Shown: positions 61,592-64,000 of the stretch, one piece after another | How the letters are laid out: each line of letters begins with the position of its first letter | Numbering within the stretch: the first letter of the stretch is position 1 | Source: Tubiluchus corallicola | Lineage: Eukaryota; Animalia; Priapulida | DNA: 64,000 bases | Direction of reading: 5' to 3' | Assembly (NCBI GenBank): GCA_030141605.1 | Contig: JAQGDQ010000125.1 | Location: 248,001-312,000 of the forward strand | Translations under genes and position numbers: made by a program | The notes under the pieces: generated by a model | Database searches by the model: none | Told to the model about the DNA's origin: nothing | The model's input: only the letters and a program-made list of their open reading frames with translations

Positions 61592-63781
61592 TTATGCAGC
61601 ATGATGTATGCCTCCACTAAATGAACTGCGTGTATCACGCTCATTTTCTGAGTGCTCATTGTCGACATCGTTGGTGTCGTCAGTGGTATTTTCACCGTCT
61701 GAACTATCAGAGTCTTGGATTTCTGGACAGTCACTGCCATTAGATGTTCCAGCAATAGATGTTGGTTCGTCAAGTTCAGATGAAACCTCACTACCCGAAT
61801 ACTTTAAGGGAGAATTTTTCTCTGTTTCTTCACTTGCTATGTTAGTTCTGTGTTTTTGTTGTATGTGACTAAGGAGGCCACGATTTGTAATAAAAATTCG
61901 GTTACATATAGTACACATCAAGTCATTCACATCACCACTGGAACTTGTGTTGTTTTCTGTGCCATGAATCTCTCTAAGGTGCCTTTGTAAATTCTTTTTA
62001 AGGGTAAATTTCTCGTTGCAGATTTGACACTCAGTTTCAAACTTGATATTATGTGCATTTGCTAAATGTGTTTGCAACATTGCAATGTCCTTAAACTGCA
62101 AATAACATTTTTCGCATACACAGCTTGACTCTTTACTGTGAAAATGGGACTGTATGTGTCCTTTAACATGACATTTACGTGCAAACATTTTACCGCAGTG
62201 CGGACAGACAAAGGGTTTCTGCCCTGTGTGTGACTTCATGTGAGTTTTGCGATTCTCTTTTCGTGCAAAACGTTTTTTGCAGACAGGACACTCATAAGGT
62301 TTTTCTCCACTGTGCATGCGTAAATGAATAGTAAGATTACGAGCAAGAGCAAATTCTTTGCTGCACACCGGGCATTTAAACAAGGTTCCATGTGTATGAA
62401 TTTTCATGTGACCCTGCAGATTACTAAGGCATGGGAAATCCTTCCCACATTCAGGACAACTGAATTGCTTTTTCATATCTTGAAGTTCGGATACCGAATG
62501 TTTGGTAAAGTAATGTTGTTGCATCTCACTGGACTCTTCAAATACCTCTGAACACTGTGAGCATTTGAATGTAGTGTAAGAAATGCGATGAATTTTCATA
62601 TGATTGTCCAGACTGTTCTCATTTGCAAAAACTTTTGCACAGTCCCGACATTCAAATTGATTCTTTGCGTTGTTTTCAAAATCATCCACGTCCATGTTTT
62701 CTTGTTTAATATCATTCTCTTGATTCGTAATTGGTAATTTGTTTTTTTGCTTTTCATTATCAGCAGTCATAAAATCGCTTTTTTCGGATTGACCAGGAAA
62801 GAGGACATCACTTTTTGGAGTCAGCCTTGCCTTCAGTTGTGTTGTTGTAGACAAAACTTTGTTATTTTCCTGTGCTCTCTGTTGAAAAAACTGTGTCACA
62901 GATTCTGTAAGATTTGCAGGTTGTGCTTGCTGATAGTTATGTTCAAGAATATGATTTTCGACTTCTGACCGAAAGAAGAAACTGTGAGTGCACTTTGGAC
63001 ACTGGTACGGCTTAGGAGCCTGAGCATGTCTTACAACATGTGCTTGTATACTCGCTGCTGTCGGAAATGCTTCACTGCACACTGGGCACAGATATGAAGA
63101 GCAACCTGCATAAGTGTGATCTATTAAGTGACATTGTAATCGTCTTGGAGAATCAAATGTTTGCAGGCAAAGTCTACACTCATGTTGAGTTCCTTCTGTT
63201 ACTACGTGTGTCATTACATGCTGCTTGATTTCGTCCTCAGTAAAAAACGACTGCTGGCATTTGATGCACTGGTACATATTTTTATTGTGGGCAGTTTTGT
63301 GAGTGTTTAGCTCATCCATGGTTTCAAATTTTACACTACATTCTTGGCATCTAGGCTTGTGAACTGGTGACACTGTGGTCGAAGAGCTTTTGCTGTATTG
63401 CTTTTTACTGCACTGTTCATTCTCTCTTACATATGAGCATTTTTTACATATGACTGTTGGACCTTTCTCTGCTGCACCCAGCTGTTCAATGTCTACCTGT
63501 TGTTCACATGGCTCCATGCATACAGAACACGGCAAAAAATTTGACTCCATTTTATTTTCATAGTGGAAAGTCCCATGAGCCTGGAGCTCCATCATGGTGC
63601 TGAGAGTCTGGCGGCATATAATGCACTGCAATGTGGCCGTGTCATTACTGTGGATTCTGCTGTGTTTGTAAAACATCTCCTCACATGTCACAGATGCCTT
63701 GCAAAGAACACATGTCTCACCATTCAGTACTTTGCAGTGTTGTAGTTTGTGCTCTGCAAGCTCACTCATAGACTGCACAAC
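61592..63781 (-). CDS. ZNF423: Terminal exon of multi-C2H2 zinc-finger transcription factor, ZNF423/ZNF521 (OAZ/EHZF) orthologue; upstream exons lie beyond the window
   Basis: Acceptor TTTTTTTTCAAATAG|GTT at 63781. Diagnostic fingers CIICRQTLSTMMELQAHGTFH, YQCIKCQQSF..EG..HECRLCLQTFDSPRRLQCHLIDH and YQCPKCTHSFFFRSEVENH match the ZNF423/521 C-terminal cluster. Nine further C2H2 fingers follow. Confidence 0.85.
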   Translation of the reverse strand, partial: VVQSMSELAEHKLQHCKVLNGETCVLCKASVTCEEMFYKHSRIHSNDTATLQCIICRQTLSTMMELQAHGTFHYENKMESNFLPCSVCMEPCEQQVDIEQLGAAEKGPTVICKKCSYVRENEQCSKKQYSKSSSTTVSPVHKPRCQECSVKFETMDELNTHKTAHNKNMYQCIKCQQSFFTEDEIKQHVMTHVVTEGTQHECRLCLQTFDSPRRLQCHLIDHTYAGCSSYLCPVCSEAFPTAASIQAHVVRHAQAPKPYQCPKCTHSFFFRSEVENHILEHNYQQAQPANLTESVTQFFQQRAQENNKVLSTTTQLKARLTPKSDVLFPGQSEKSDFMTADNEKQKNKLPITNQENDIKQENMDVDDFENNAKNQFECRDCAKVFANENSLDNHMKIHRISYTTFKCSQCSEVFEESSEMQQHYFTKHSVSELQDMKKQFSCPECGKDFPCLSNLQGHMKIHTHGTLFKCPVCSKEFALARNLTIHLRMHSGEKPYECPVCKKRFARKENRKTHMKSHTGQKPFVCPHCGKMFARKCHVKGHIQSHFHSKESSCVCEKCYLQFKDIAMLQTHLANAHNIKFETECQICNEKFTLKKNLQRHLREIHGTENNTSSSGDVNDLMCTICNRIFITNRGLLSHIQQKHRTNIASEETEKNSPLKYSGSEVSSELDEPTSIAGTSNGSDCPEIQDSDSSDGENTTDDTNDVDNEHSENERDTRSSFSGGIHHAA

Positions 63782-64000
63782 CTATTTGAAAAAAAAGGAA
63801 ATAGCATAATAGTTGCAGGTAATAACTGCCCACAAGGATCCCCAGTAGAGCCTAAAAGAGGTGCAGATCCATGCCCTAACATAAAGTTATGTCACTGTAT
63901 TTCACTAACGGTTTGACTTTCATTTGTGATCCTGGTGTTTAATAACTTGTACTCATTTGATTCATTGTAAAAAGGCCGAAGCGATGTTGATTACTGCAGA

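Overview
AT-rich genomic DNA from an intron-rich invertebrate animal (standard genetic code, GT-AG introns). The taxon cannot be fixed from sequence alone. I assembled four protein-coding genes by hand, checking splice phases. (1) A minus-strand PDZ-PH-PH scaffold gene (PDZPH1-like, ~2249 aa, 11 coding exons, 2510..14126) with a 5.2-kb internal exon. (2) A plus-strand SLC20/PiT sodium-phosphate transporter (13 coding exons, 617 aa, 31252..50436). (3) A minus-strand DNA topoisomerase III alpha with an intronless CDS (52877..55885). (4) The terminal exon of a minus-strand ZNF423/ZNF521 (OAZ)-type zinc-finger gene (61592..63781). Intergenic and intronic DNA carries many MITEs (Kolobok-type with TTAA target sites, hAT-type with 8-bp TSDs, Harbinger-like), a decayed LINE, a decayed Gypsy integrase and micro/minisatellites. 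The most unusual signal is at the 3' end of the PDZ-PH-PH gene: the last intron and its flanks appear triplicated, giving three interchangeable C-terminal PH helices and one exon readable in two frames. Other leads are a frame-switching 32-nt micro-exon, a hidden spliced membrane microprotein or decaying gene at 20.9-24.5 kb, uORF-dense leaders on SLC20 and TOP3A, and a nine-finger C-terminal extension on the OAZ orthologue. No database searches were run, so homology calls rest on recognised motifs.
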